Origin: Octopus sinensis
Taxonomy: Eukaryota
NCBI RefSeq assembly: GCF_006345805.1
Contig: NC_043012.1
Coordinates: 9,114,001-9,178,000, forward strand
Direction: 5' to 3'
DNA: 64,000 nt
Shown here: positions 48,360 to 60,981 of the stretch, in pieces
Position numbering within the stretch: position 1 is the first letter of the stretch
Layout of the letters: each line of letters starts with the position of its first letter
The notes under the pieces: model-generated
Database searches by the model: none
Told to the model about the DNA's origin: nothing
Seen by the model: the letters and a program-made list of their open reading frames with translations, nothing else
Position numbers and translations under genes: made by a program

Positions 48360-50248
48360 ATCTTTGAAAACAATGAATGGAGAAATGGAATAAATGGAAT
48401 TAAAAATAATATTCACGTGGCAAAACGAACACCACTCAAAAATTATGAATGAAACAATGTAATAAAACAACCAAACATCGAAAATAGACAAATTACCACG
48501 AATTCCCTAAAAAAACCATGATAACCAAAACTCTAGACAAATTACCACGAATTCCCTAAAAAAACCATGATAAACCAAAACTCTTAAAAACATATAACGA
48601 TAAAATCTCCCTTTGCTAAACTCTATAACAAACCTATATAGCAATCCCCTTAACCTAAAACATTCACACACAAATACACACACGTAAACCACAGACCCAC
48701 GACTTATACAAATACCCACCTCACTCACACATACCTATACTAACTTATAAACCTCAACATACACCAAAAACCCACTCCCTCCCCACACAGACAAATTAAC
48801 ACATACATCCCCAAACCTATATAACAAACCCATATACACATTCACACACAAACACACACACACGCAAAACACACACACACAACAGATACATATACTCCCT
48901 CACATATACGCATATACATACTCACTAAACTCGATATATACAACAATATTTACACACCCACACTCATACAGATAAATAAATTATACAACTAAAAACTCAC
49001 ACACAATCTCATATACATAAACACTCCAATGAAAAACAACATTAAATACATCGTAATTAACCAGAATATCAAAAATAACAATATGACATAAGGAGAAATA
49101 AAATACATACTTACAAGTCAGTTTCAAATTATGAAGTGAAATTAAATTCTAAGCCGTTAAAAAAATCAAAACAAAATTACGTTACCATAGAAATAACTTA
49201 TGTATAAAAAGAATACGCGCCATGGAAAGTAAACGTCATTTAAAATTATGAATGGAGAAATAGAATAAATGGAACTAAGAACTATATCACGTGGCAAACA
49301 AAATACTTAAAAACATTTAATGAATGGATTCTTTAATAAAAATACCAAATAAATTATTATATACATTTATGAGCTTTAGCTCATCTTAGCAGCTCTAACA
49401 AACAATTTACAGAACCCAAATCTATTCTCGATGCTGCCATTCTACTACACTATTCCATTCCCAATTCCAAGCAACGCTAGCCCACCACCCAGTTACAATT
49501 CCCAATCCACCCATTCATTCACAATTTCAACGACGTTCGTCTCCACAGCGCTACGTATTAACCTCATATATACACCGGTGATTCGCTTTCACATCCGTGC
49601 GGATGGGTGAGAGTATAAATTGAGTGTAGTGATGGGGCTCCCTTTACTATACACATTTGTACCTGTGTGGTAGTCTCCATGTGTATATCCACGCACGGGT
49701 ATAAATGCGGGGGGTACACGCGCACGGCATGTGCGTGTACCCCCTCACATGTACATATGCATGCTAGTTGGGCTCGATATGTGCAACGGTGTAATCGCGT
49801 CCGCATACATGCAGATGGGCGAATTGCACAATCAAAATACGCACACGTGTGTGTGTGCGTTCCTTGGTTGTGCAGTTCACCCATCTGGGTGTGAGTGGGT
49901 GTAAGCGTATTGCTGTGGATGTCGAGCTTGATACGTATGTATATGAGTGTGTATTGGGGGGTTGTACGTATTTGTTGTGTGCATGTGCTTCGCGCACGTG
50001 CGTCCGTGTATGGATGAATATATGGGGATTGCTATGTGGGTGTAAATTGGGTATAGAGGGGGAGTTTTGTCATTGTATGGGTGTGGGTTTCATTTGTGAT
50101 GGTGGTTTGTTGGTGATTTTTGGTATGTTCAGTATATTTGGGTTAGTTATGTATTATTCTTGTGTGTATAATTGTATACATATATGATTGGTGTGAGTGG
50201 GATTGCGCCCATTTTTGGGGATGTATATGTTCATTTGTCCATATGGGG

Positions 50249-50998
50249 GTTCGTTTCCAGAGCGGTAATACTTTTTATACTTATGTTAAGTTCCTTGGTA
50301 AAGTAATTTTGTTTGGTGTATATGATGAGGTTTATATGTACTTGTGGGTGTGTGTGAGTGGGGTGGGTGTTTGTATTTGTTATGGGTGTGTGGTTTACGT
50401 GTGTGTATTTGTGTGTGAATGTATAGGTTAAAGGGATTGCTATATAAGTGTGTGGGAGTATGAATAAGTATTGTGTTGAAGTATTTAGCTATTTTATTTA
50501 TTTATAGTTGCCTAGACGTTTTTATGTGTATGTATAGGGATATATATATAGGTGTGTGATTTAGTGTATGTAGTTAGATATGGTTATATATAATTAGTTA
50601 TATGTGTATGGGTGTATATATAGTTTATTATTATATTATTATTATTTTTTGTTTTGTTTTATATTTTATATTTTATATTTTATATTTTATATTTAATTGT
50701 TGATAGGTTTATTTTAGTATATATTGTTATATATTGATTATATATGGATTATATATAGGTTATATATGGATTATATATTCATATCTTTTCATTAATACTT
50801 TAATTATTTTAAAATTATTATTTTTATATTTTAAAATATTGATATTTTAGATTGAAGTCCACCTGAAGATTGTCGATCAAGACAAGAAACAATTGTAGTG
50901 GCGGTTTTATTGACTATTTATTAAAATTTTATGTATTGATTAAGTCTTTCCTTGTTTGTTTTGCAAAATAGTGGTTTTGTCTCTAATAATATTTTATA
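50249..50998 (+). repeat. Right arm of the 750-bp inverted repeat
   Basis: See the left arm. Strongly G/T-rich and C-poor on plus. Confidence 0.95.
50859..50901 (+). ncRNA. Minimal type I hammerhead ribozyme motif (right arm)
   Basis: CCAC CTGAAGA TTGTC GATCAA GACAA GAAAC AATT GTA GTGG: stem I CCAC/GTGG, intact CUGAnGA and GAAA cores, 5-bp stem II, palindromic ACAATTGT stem III, GUA site at 50897. The U-A pair at 10.1-11.1 is non-canonical. Confidence 0.7.
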
Positions 50999-51075
50999 AT
51001 ATTTTACTATAAAATTGGATTTAATCCTAAATCTGATTTTTTTCCCTGTAAATTTGGATTTATTCCCTAATATTT

Positions 51076-51151
<76 letters not shown>

Positions 51152-53998
51152 TATATATCATTACAGTTGTGACGATTTCAGATAAAGAAGAATTTCTAAA
51201 GTTACTTTGATTTTTAGTATTCTTCTCGGGCTTTCTCATTCCACGGATCCCGTTAATCCCATATGACCTCCATTTGAGTTTAAACGGTTCCGGTTCCCAG
51301 TCAAACTAAGTTTCGCTATGTCAATAAACAAATCTCAAGGATAGTCTCTCAAAGTTGTTGGACTTCACTTTGATTCACTCATGGGCAATTATATGTAGGA
51401 TTTTCGCTAGTTGGAAGTCCCAAAATCTTTTCATTTATGCACCAATTAAAGGACACACTCAAAACATCGCATATTTAGAAGCTTTAGATAATTAAATTGT
51501 GATTGATTTCCGGATTTGTTTCAATACATTTGTTTATATTCACGTCATCTGATAGAATTTTTGTTAAATATACTTATTAACAGGAGGGGAACGCCCGTGG
51601 GCCGGTTCTTCTCAAATTTTTAGATTTTCAGGTTCAACGTGTTTCAAATAAGTACTGACAATTGAAGGTGATTGCAAAGACAAAGAACTACTTATTTTTT
51701 TAACAATTTTAACAGTGAGAACATCGGATAAAACGTTATCGATATTAATAGTTTGTACCTCAGCTAATTACTGCTGAGAACTTCATAATCGATGTTTCAT
51801 TTTACTTAGAGATTTAAAAGGCATACTTAAATTTTATTATTTTCAATAACCAGGGTTATTAATGTATAAAGTTGGTGCTGCAGCCACTAGGAGGTCAGAC
51901 ATGCGTAGTCTATGTTTCATGTTAAAGATCTAAAAGGCATTTTTAAATTACATTATTTTTACTTTAATCCGGGCAACGTCGGGTATTTCTGCTAGTACAT
52001 TGTATAATGCTAACAAACATGCCGACTCATTATATAGTTATGAATTAATTACAATGGATATATTTAATCTGAATTTGGGAGTAAAATATATTTATGGTAT
52101 CGTGGAAATTGGTTTAAAATTGCATAGTTATTAAGTTGGAAATTTACAAGAAAATGTGACTTTGATGGGAAACTTTTATTATAAAATTCGAATTTAGCAC
52201 AAACAACTTCATAATGAAATGTACATGCAAACTAGATTTCTTTCTTGACCCTGAAATGTTTTGTACAGTGTATTTAATGAATAAAGTTTGCCTTGATATT
52301 TTAATAGTGATTGTTGATTGTTGATAATAATCCTGATTGTATGGTGATTAGAAAATATAATAGAAAATCAGTTATGATGATTAGAAAATACAATAGAGAA
52401 TCAGTTATGTTGATTAATGATTAAGTGTATTTACAAGTCTATGATTATCTCAATGGTATTTTTTGATTGCCGTGTGAAAATATCAACTTAAATCCCTTTT
52501 ATCCCTTTAAATATTGAGTTTTGAGAAAATGCACGAGCCCTTAAATTGACGGAAGGACACAATCTAGTGTATTTTCTCAAGTTTATTACTGATATTAGTT
52601 TTATCGGCTCTGTACTGGCATAGTCGACTCCAGGCGATTTCGAACGTAGAATGAAAATGGACGTACTTAATATAAGACATATTGTCAAGCGTTCTAAAAA
52701 TCCTGCACATCTGCCACACTTCTTAAATATTGACAAATACGAGACACCCAATTTTGAAACACTCAACTGTGAGACTCAAGATTTTCAATATTGTTTAACT
52801 CGATGGTTATTGTGGTTCTAAAGATAAATGTTGCTTCTGTAACCCTTTTTTTGAGGTTTGATCTTTCCAACAAATAGTAGTTTCCCTTTATATTTTAGTG
52901 TTCTAGAGAGCCAAAAAAAAAAAAAAAAAAATGAAAAACGGATCATGCCAACGTAGTTGTAATTCTCAGCAAGAAAGAATAAAACTTACACCACAAGATG
53001 TGCCTACCTCACTTCTACTGTGTTTCGTGTATTCCTTCGCTCTATCTTTTCTTGACCTGCAGCACAAACCATTGACGCTAGTTCTTGTCTATGCTACGGA
53101 CAATTATGTAGAAAAACCTTATCTGAACAATATCTAAAGGCTCTTTGCACAGCCTCAATTCCTAAATGTCTCACATTTTGAATATTTTGGCGATAGCAAT
53201 TGGTTAGAATATGAAACCTTCATTTAACAATATCATACATTTTCGCATATTTGAAAAAAACAGCGGTGTCCACGCTTTAGCTAATCTGGCTATTAATGTA
53301 GAGAATTAACTCTAATAAACTGCAAATACTTGTTGATTGAATTGCATTGTTTTACTGAAACCTCGGCGTGTAATATGATAAGTAGACGGAGTGCTTTTAT
53401 AGGGGCGCTAATCGCCATAAACAGTAATGCTGACTGATTTAGCTATGAATAATCAGAGATAATGCTCTTAAGTCAATGATTATTAGAAATAACATTCTTG
53501 AGTTATCAGCTATATTGTCAAATAACACACAAAGCTGTTAATTTCACTTACGCTTTCAATGTATTTCATGAAATGTAAAAATTTTCTTCGAACAACTCCA
53601 ACCTGGCTACAAACACTGTTCTAAGAAAGAGAGAAATAGCAATACTTTGGACAATATGATCTTGAATTTAGAAATCGATGAAACGGCCAAAGCTGGAACG
53701 CCTTTCAACGTAGAACAATCATAGTTCACTTGGTGCTAAACAATAGCAAAATTTTCCTATTTTAATTTAGGTCCACTTCTTCATTAATGAGAATATAATT
53801 ATAATTATAAAAGTCAATGTTGCAATCAGTTATGTAATGACGACATTTTAAGTATATCTATATATGTAACCGAAACACTGCCAGGTCTTCCTTTCACACC
53901 CTGTCAAACCTTTCCCAAGTAACTCATGCCTCATACCTTTTACTAATCAACTCACTGAAGCAGTGAAACAGTGTAAGACAGGGAGAAAAAAGAGAGAG

Positions 53999-54047
<49 letters not shown>

Positions 54048-54116
54048 TGAGAAAGAAAGTAGACGAGGGTGTCGTCTTCTCCGCTAGTTGTATTACTGAC
54101 TAACAATATTTTCAAG

Positions 54117-54361
54117 AAGGGATCTTCTACATGGACACTCGTCCTACTGAAAATAGCAGCCAAAATTTCTACCAGAAATCTCGTTCTACAGTCTTAAATA
54201 AAGGATATCTTGGAGAATTTAGTGACGTACAAAAAGTAAGAAAAAGTGGGATGGTCACTATGCGAACACCCCCAGAAGGGTGCTTAAACAGTAATAAACA
54301 AATCTACTTCGAGCAACCGAGGGAAGACCATTATGCGGTCACTTTACCCACAAAAAGGTAG
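54117..54361 (+). CDS. Candidate host exon/ORF of unknown function
   Basis: Branch-like CTGAC/CTAAC 15-20 nt before TTTTCAAG (AG 54115-54116). Open 81 codons GIFYMDTRPTENSSQNFYQKSRSTVLNKGYLGEFSDVQKVRKSGMVTMRTPPEGCLNSNKQIYFEQPREDHYAVTLPTKR* in non-repetitive DNA. Possible donor AG|GTAGAA at 54357/54358. Confidence 0.35.
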
Positions 54362-55272
54362 AAATAGCATCAAAATCGACTGACCGTTGCAAAAGGGAAA
54401 ATGACGCATTAGAAAATGTAGTTATGTACATAAAGTGGACATAATTTAAATATCACAAAAATTATTAGAAAACTACCCTCCGGATGGTTTACTTATGCTT
54501 TATGTAGAATATAATCTCCAAACCTATTCTCCACTCAAAAAGTTTCTTCTAAATTCACTAATATAGACGCCCTCTAAGAAGATGTGTACTTTACTTTGTC
54601 CGGCATATGTAAAATATTAACTGCTTCCTCATAGCTTTCATACTTTGTTCTATTATTGCTTAGCTACTCACTTTTTCTTCCAACTTTAATCATTTAGTAA
54701 TCATTTTAAAATAATCTCTTATTCTCTTGGTGTTATATTCAATGTTCATATTGCTATACATATTTTTCTTCATGTTTTTGCTTATTTTTAGTCACAATAT
54801 TAAGCATGTTTTAAGTACTTAAAATATTTTCAACTAAAAACATATTCACAAGTGTGATATTTTTGTTTTCAAAATAAATGCAAATTAAATCTAAAAACAT
54901 TATTTTTTTAATTTTTTTCCCCGAATACTAAATAAAATAATAAATATTCATAAAATGTATTATTCTAAAATATAGATGCTTTTATACAAAATAGAAAATT
55001 TGAATATTTTTAGAAAGCCAAGACATTTGAAAAAAGTATAATGCGTGTAAGCGCTTAAAGTATGTATTGTGGACTTTTTGTTTTTTTTTACTAACGAAGA
55101 CAAAATTATGGAATGTATTTGCGATGAAAATCAATAGTCAGCACACTGAATATTAAAAAGATTTGGAATATTTTCGGTTCTATTTTCTGTTTTTGCTCAA
55201 TAGAATATTCTAACATATAAAGAAAGACTTCTCTCAAACTGTACCCAATTATGTAATTGCGTTTGATATGAC

Positions 55273-55375
<103 letters not shown>

Positions 55376-55414
55376 CACACACACACAACACACACACACA
55401 CACACACACACACA

Positions 55415-55722
55415 AGGCGAGCTAACTGAATCATTAACACGCTGGGCGAATTGCTTAGCGGCATTTCGTCTGTCTTTACATTCTGAGTTCAAATTCTGCC
55501 GGGTTTAAGTGCTACTAGAATACTGGGGGCGATTCAGCAAACGATTCTGCCAGCTCACCTATATATATATATATATATATAAGCACAAGTGTGGATGTGT
55601 GATAAGTAGCTTAATTACCAACCACATGGTTCCGGGTTCAGTCCCACTGCGTGGTACCTTGGGTAAGTGTCTTCTATCATAGTCGCAAGCCTTGTGAGTA
55701 GACTTGGTAAAAGCTCGTCGTA
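55415..55722 (+). mobile_element. SINE type C fragment followed by a SINE type D fragment
   Basis: AAGGCGAGC..GCTTAGCGGCATTTCGTCTG..GAGTTCAAATTC (55415-55560). CCACATGGTTCCGGGTTCAGTCCCACTGCGTGG..(55590-55722). Confidence 0.8.
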
Positions 55723-56085
55723 TATATATGCAATTTAAAAATAGGATAAAATCTTTATAAGAAATTATCAAGTAGTTAGCGTGAAAAACCTCACAAGGAA
55801 ATGCATGCACTGATGATTAAAAAGTGCATTTTGTGCACTAATTATGAAATCATATGATCTGCAGCTGAATCTGTTTTTGAAAGGCTCGCTTCGAGAGTTG
55901 CATTCCCTCGCGTTCGGTACGTGTTTATTATGGTAGTTTTTACATTAAGAGTCCTTCCTAGCGTGAGACATTTATGTATAGTAATGCCCTTAATATAAAT
56001 AAATAAATGAATATATAAATGAACTTGAAAACTTTGTTCTAGTTGGAAGTTTTTCAGTTCATTTAGTCATTAAGTTCATTTAGAG

Positions 56086-56690
56086 TAAATGAACTTAAAA
56101 AACTTCCTACTAGAACAAAAATACACACTCAAATTAATAAAAATCGGAATCTCAAGAGCAATGAAATTGGACATCACACAACTCAGAACTCCAAAAATGA
56201 AAAACAAAGAAAAACATCATCCCTTTCATAAACACACACAACCCTGGAATTACCAACATGTTTCAAATCATAGATTCAACCTTACCAATAGTCCTACAAA
56301 GCCCCCAAATAGCAAAACATATTAAACAAATATTGCATAAAAACAGTAAACGCCAAGACAAAAACCTGAAGAAACAACTAACAAGAACGAAATCATCATC
56401 AGAGACTAAAACCGAATTCTTTGTGAAAGAGTGCGGAAATGGTAGGTATGGGATCTGCAGTAACCTCACATACAAAGATATAGAGGGAGACAAGCAAATA
56501 AAATTTAAGAGTGGTCACACATTCAAAGTAAAGGCAGACATGAACTGCAAGACTCAGAACGTAATATACTGCATAACTTGCCCCACATGCAAGGAGAATT
56601 ATATAGGCGAAACTGGAAATTCTTTATGCCAACGAGCCAGGATTCACCGACAATTTGTCCGACAGGAGGAACCGCAAGCGCTATTATATG
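56086..56690 (+). pseudogene. Penelope-like element fragment (RT thumb end, Cys linker, GIY-YIG N-half; Neptune-like)
   Basis: IIPFINTHNPGITNMFQII (thumb). KECGNGRYGIC linker. FKVKADMNCKTQNVIYCITCPTCKENYIGETGNSLCQRARIHRQ. One frameshift, truncated at both ends. Confidence 0.9.
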
Positions 56691-56765
56691 ATTTATAAAA
56701 ACATGTGACATATTAATAAATATCTGTAAATATAAAACCATCCGGATTTCTGTGTACCTTATTCC

Positions 56766-56807
<42 letters not shown>

Positions 56808-57020
56808 CACACACGCATATATATACATATATCTATATATATATAATATAGATGTATATGTATGTGCATATGTACATATATGTATATACATACATATACA
56901 TACACACGCATACACACACACATATATATGCATATATATATCAATGAAAAGAAAATGGAGATATATATGTTACAATTGGCAATTCAAAAATTAAAAGATT
57001 AAAGTCAAAAATTTATTAGC

Positions 57021-57058
<38 letters not shown>

Positions 57059-58505
57059 TATTATTATTATTATTATATATATATATACATGTGTGTGTGT
57101 GTGTGTTTGTGTGCTGATATAGGTATGTAAGGCATACTTTCACACACACGCAGATACTCACCTACACATATACCTATGCAAGTATACACAAAGGACTTTG
57201 GCACAGTTTCTGTTTACCATATTTCTCACAGAAAGAAGCGATTATGAGGAGGTGTTAGTGGAAGACGCTGGACTTTTAAATGCTGCGCAGTGGGTTTGAA
57301 CCATACACTACAAGATTGCAAATCAAACTTGTACACCACACGGTCACACTTTTGCTATGCATCGCGATTGTAAATTTTATAGCTAAGTTGGCGTCAGAAC
57401 GGAACTGGCTGAGCAGTCAATTTTAAAGGCACGATGTTGATATTGTTGTTTCGTCTCTGGACGATGCGATATGATAAACCTACGAGCAAAGGCGTTCCAG
57501 TCATGCCCAACTAGTTTCTTTGTTTATGGTTTCAGACACAGTGTATCTAGAAATACATTATTCAATGTTCTTTCTATTTTTAAGATATCAGAGTATGATT
57601 TGTGAGAGTTGGCTACTATTTGACAACCGTTATAAGCTGAGGCGTCCTCATTGTTTTGTGTGCGCCGTGTGAACACATATACGTACGAACAGCCATCTAT
57701 GTCGGGACACATTTGTGATATTACTGTATGTATTATATATGAAGAATCTAACAGGAAGTTATTAGTAATCATCTGTGATAATGTTTCTGATAGACGATTA
57801 TATCGGTTCCATCTTAGCCTACGCAAACCCGTTCGTGATATTACTCTATGTATTATGTATGAAGTATTTAAAAGCAAGATCCCAGCAGCCATTAATTATA
57901 TCGGCAGCAACAGGCTCAAATGACATCATCAACAGAATTGTCCTCAACCACCATCAAAAACTGATCTGACCTTTTTACCCTTGGATTGCTCATTCCATTT
58001 CATTGTATTTCCACAGTGATAAGGAACAGTGAGTGATATATTATTTCCGACTACTGGAAACAATCTGTCTATCATCACGATAGCAGACTTGCTTCAATGT
58101 TCACAAATTAATCATTCACATAACCGCCCTACAGTTTCACCCTCTTTCTATCACGTACACCCTTTCTTTCTTTCTTTCTTTCTTTCTTTCGTCATTAGAT
58201 ATTGAAACATTTTAACCAATTCTTTTTCGTTTATTTTTTCTCTCTTCGCTTTGTCTATGTCATATCCCAATCTCAATGTCTGTTCTTCCAGCAAATAAAT
58301 TAGCATTAACATATACAGGGACAATAAAAAACATTATGAATATAAGTATATAAGGAGGGAACAATAACAGTTAACGAATAACTATTTTAACAATTTTAGC
58401 TCTAACGGGAGACAACCCCGCAAATATATATGTTTTATTCGACGCCGTCCACACAGCAACAATTTTACTGAACGCGACGCTAAACTGTTACTCTCTACAC
58501 TAGCA

Positions 58506-58951
58506 AAATCTTTGACCATGAAAAGCGCAAAACCTTCCAAGCTAAGCTATTCCTTTCACAAGTCTCTGTTCACCCAGAGAGAACTTTGTGCGATAACTGA
58601 GCTCCTGGATCAGAAATATTTATTTAAATTCGTCTCACTATAGTGTGTGCCGTCGGTTAATCCAAAACTCCGTTCTGCTTTATATATCAGTTATTACCTC
58701 CCCTTATCTGGAACTCTTCTTTACACTTCTCAACAAAAACATAACGATGTAAGAAATTTGAAAAGCTGAACGCGAAACCGGTCATTTCTTCAAAAACTAT
58801 GTCATTGTATGAAAAAAATTTATAACATTCTTCTGACATAATGACTCAAATATATATTTTTTAATCTTTTAAAACAAGCCTTCTGTAGTTTTTTCACTTT
58901 TTACTATTTTCTATATATTCAACCACGTGCTTTCACACACCAACTTTCTCA

Positions 58952-58999
<48 letters not shown>

Positions 59000-59267
59000 C
59001 ATATACACATATATATATATATACATATACATACACATATATACATATACATACATACACACAAACACCCCCCCCCACATATATATATATAAATCTTTGA
59101 CCATGAAAAGCGCAAAACCTTGCAAGCTAAGCTATTCCTCTCACAAGTCTCTGTTCACCCAGAGAGAACTTTGTGGGGTAACTGAGCTCCTGGATCTGAA
59201 ATATTTATTTAAAATCTCCTCACTATAGTGTGTGCCGTCGGTTAATCCAAAGATTCCGTTCTGCTTT
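58506..59267 (+). repeat. Two direct repeats of about 176 bp (58506-58681, 59091-59267)
   Basis: Both run AAATCTTTGACCATGAAAAGCGCAAAACC..CCGTTCTGCTTT. About 90 percent identical by eye. Confidence 0.92.
58751..58790 (+). ncRNA. Degenerate hammerhead-like motif
   Basis: AAGAAAT TTGAAAA GC TGAAC GC GAAA CCGG TC ATTTCTT: perfect 7-bp stem I, GAAACCGGTC with ACCGGT palindrome, but core TTGAAAA has 2 mismatches to CUGAnGA. Confidence 0.45.
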
Positions 59268-60047
59268 CCACACTATTTCTTCTGTACATTGTTGATTTAT
59301 ATAATGTGCATTATTGTCCTGCATATACTCTCACACCGCTGATAAATGCTATCTTTCTGTATACAAACGCCCTATATCAGTGTATCAGTGTTTCATCTCA
59401 GCACATTAATGTTGCAAACAATGTTTCACTCAATCATGTTATCGAATGTATTAACCTTGAGATGTTGGGAGATTCTCAAAGCTGTAATAAAAGTGATTGA
59501 TATGATATTTCGAAATCCAATCGATTAATTACACATTTAAATATGGAAAACTTTCGAAACGTCATAATTTAACTGAAAGATCTGAAGATTTAATGCCTTC
59601 ATATTGATTTTCAAACGTTGGCACGCGGCCACGTATTTTCAGTGGTTTATCGTTCATTAACACTAAATATTAACCAACTGATTTGCCGCCCTTTACACGT
59701 TCTTCCTTTTCTTTCAAAACCAAGGTGAGCAAAAACCCGTCACACACACACAAACACACACACACACACATACACACGCACGCGCTCACACACGCAGAAA
59801 CACACGCGAGCGCGCGCATACAAATATTTTTGTACAAAATTTCAGATAATTTAATCAATATATTTAACATAAATAATATTAGAACTTAAGATCCCATCAG
59901 AAGCGGCAACGGTAAAAGCTTCGTATGCACATCAGTTTATAAATGTGATTAATATATCTATGTATGTATGTATGTACGTATGTATGTATGTATGTATGAT
60001 GTATGTATGTATGTATGTATGTATGTATGTATGTATGTATGCATCTA

Positions 60048-60162
<115 letters not shown>

Positions 60163-60877
60163 GCGGATAATGTTCATGTATGCATATCATATCTGTATAA
60201 ACATCAATATTTGTGCGTTAATCTTCTTTCGTTTCGAAGATTTTCCTTTTCTTTTCTTTCTAAGTGCGCAACTCTTAATGTGTTCCGACAGAAAATATCA
60301 AATGTTTTATAAGATCTCTCAGTTCAAACATCAATATTTATAGAAAAATCTTGGACAGAAATGAGTAAATAGAGAGTATTCATCCATGAATACATTAAAA
60401 CATTTGTCCGGATGTCTACACTTTTCCAAATACATTTATACAAATATCCTTATATGTATATGTATATATATATATATGTATATATGTATATGTATGTATA
60501 TATATATATATATATACATACATATATGTATGTGTGTTTGCGTGTGTGTGTGTCTGAGTGTATGTGTGTATATATAGTTATGTGCATGTATGTATTGTAA
60601 CTTTATATATTGATAGATGTGTATAAGTCTATCAACATTATATTCAGATTTACATGCGCCCCGTTTTCGTTTCGTCTTTGTCACAAGGCGTTTAATCTGT
60701 ATAAAAGAAAAAAACTAATTCCTAAAATAGAGATATACTTCAACATATCTTAAGTTGTGTATGCAAAGATTCTAAATTAACCTTCAAGAATTTCGAGGAA
60801 GGAAAGAGAAACATATTGTTCACACACACACACATATATATGAATGTATATTATATATATATATATTATATATATAT

Positions 60878-60981
<104 letters not shown>

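Larger units (their letters stand above)
47011..51995 (+). mobile_element. Non-autonomous Helitron-like envelope (5' TC, 3' hairpin plus CTAG)
   Basis: A|TCTTAATATATAAAATACCCTGTCTGTGTG at 47010/47011. TCCGGGCAACGTCGGG hairpin (51968-51983) 8 nt before CTAG (51992-51995), followed by T. That the two ends belong to one insertion is inferred. Confidence 0.6.
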
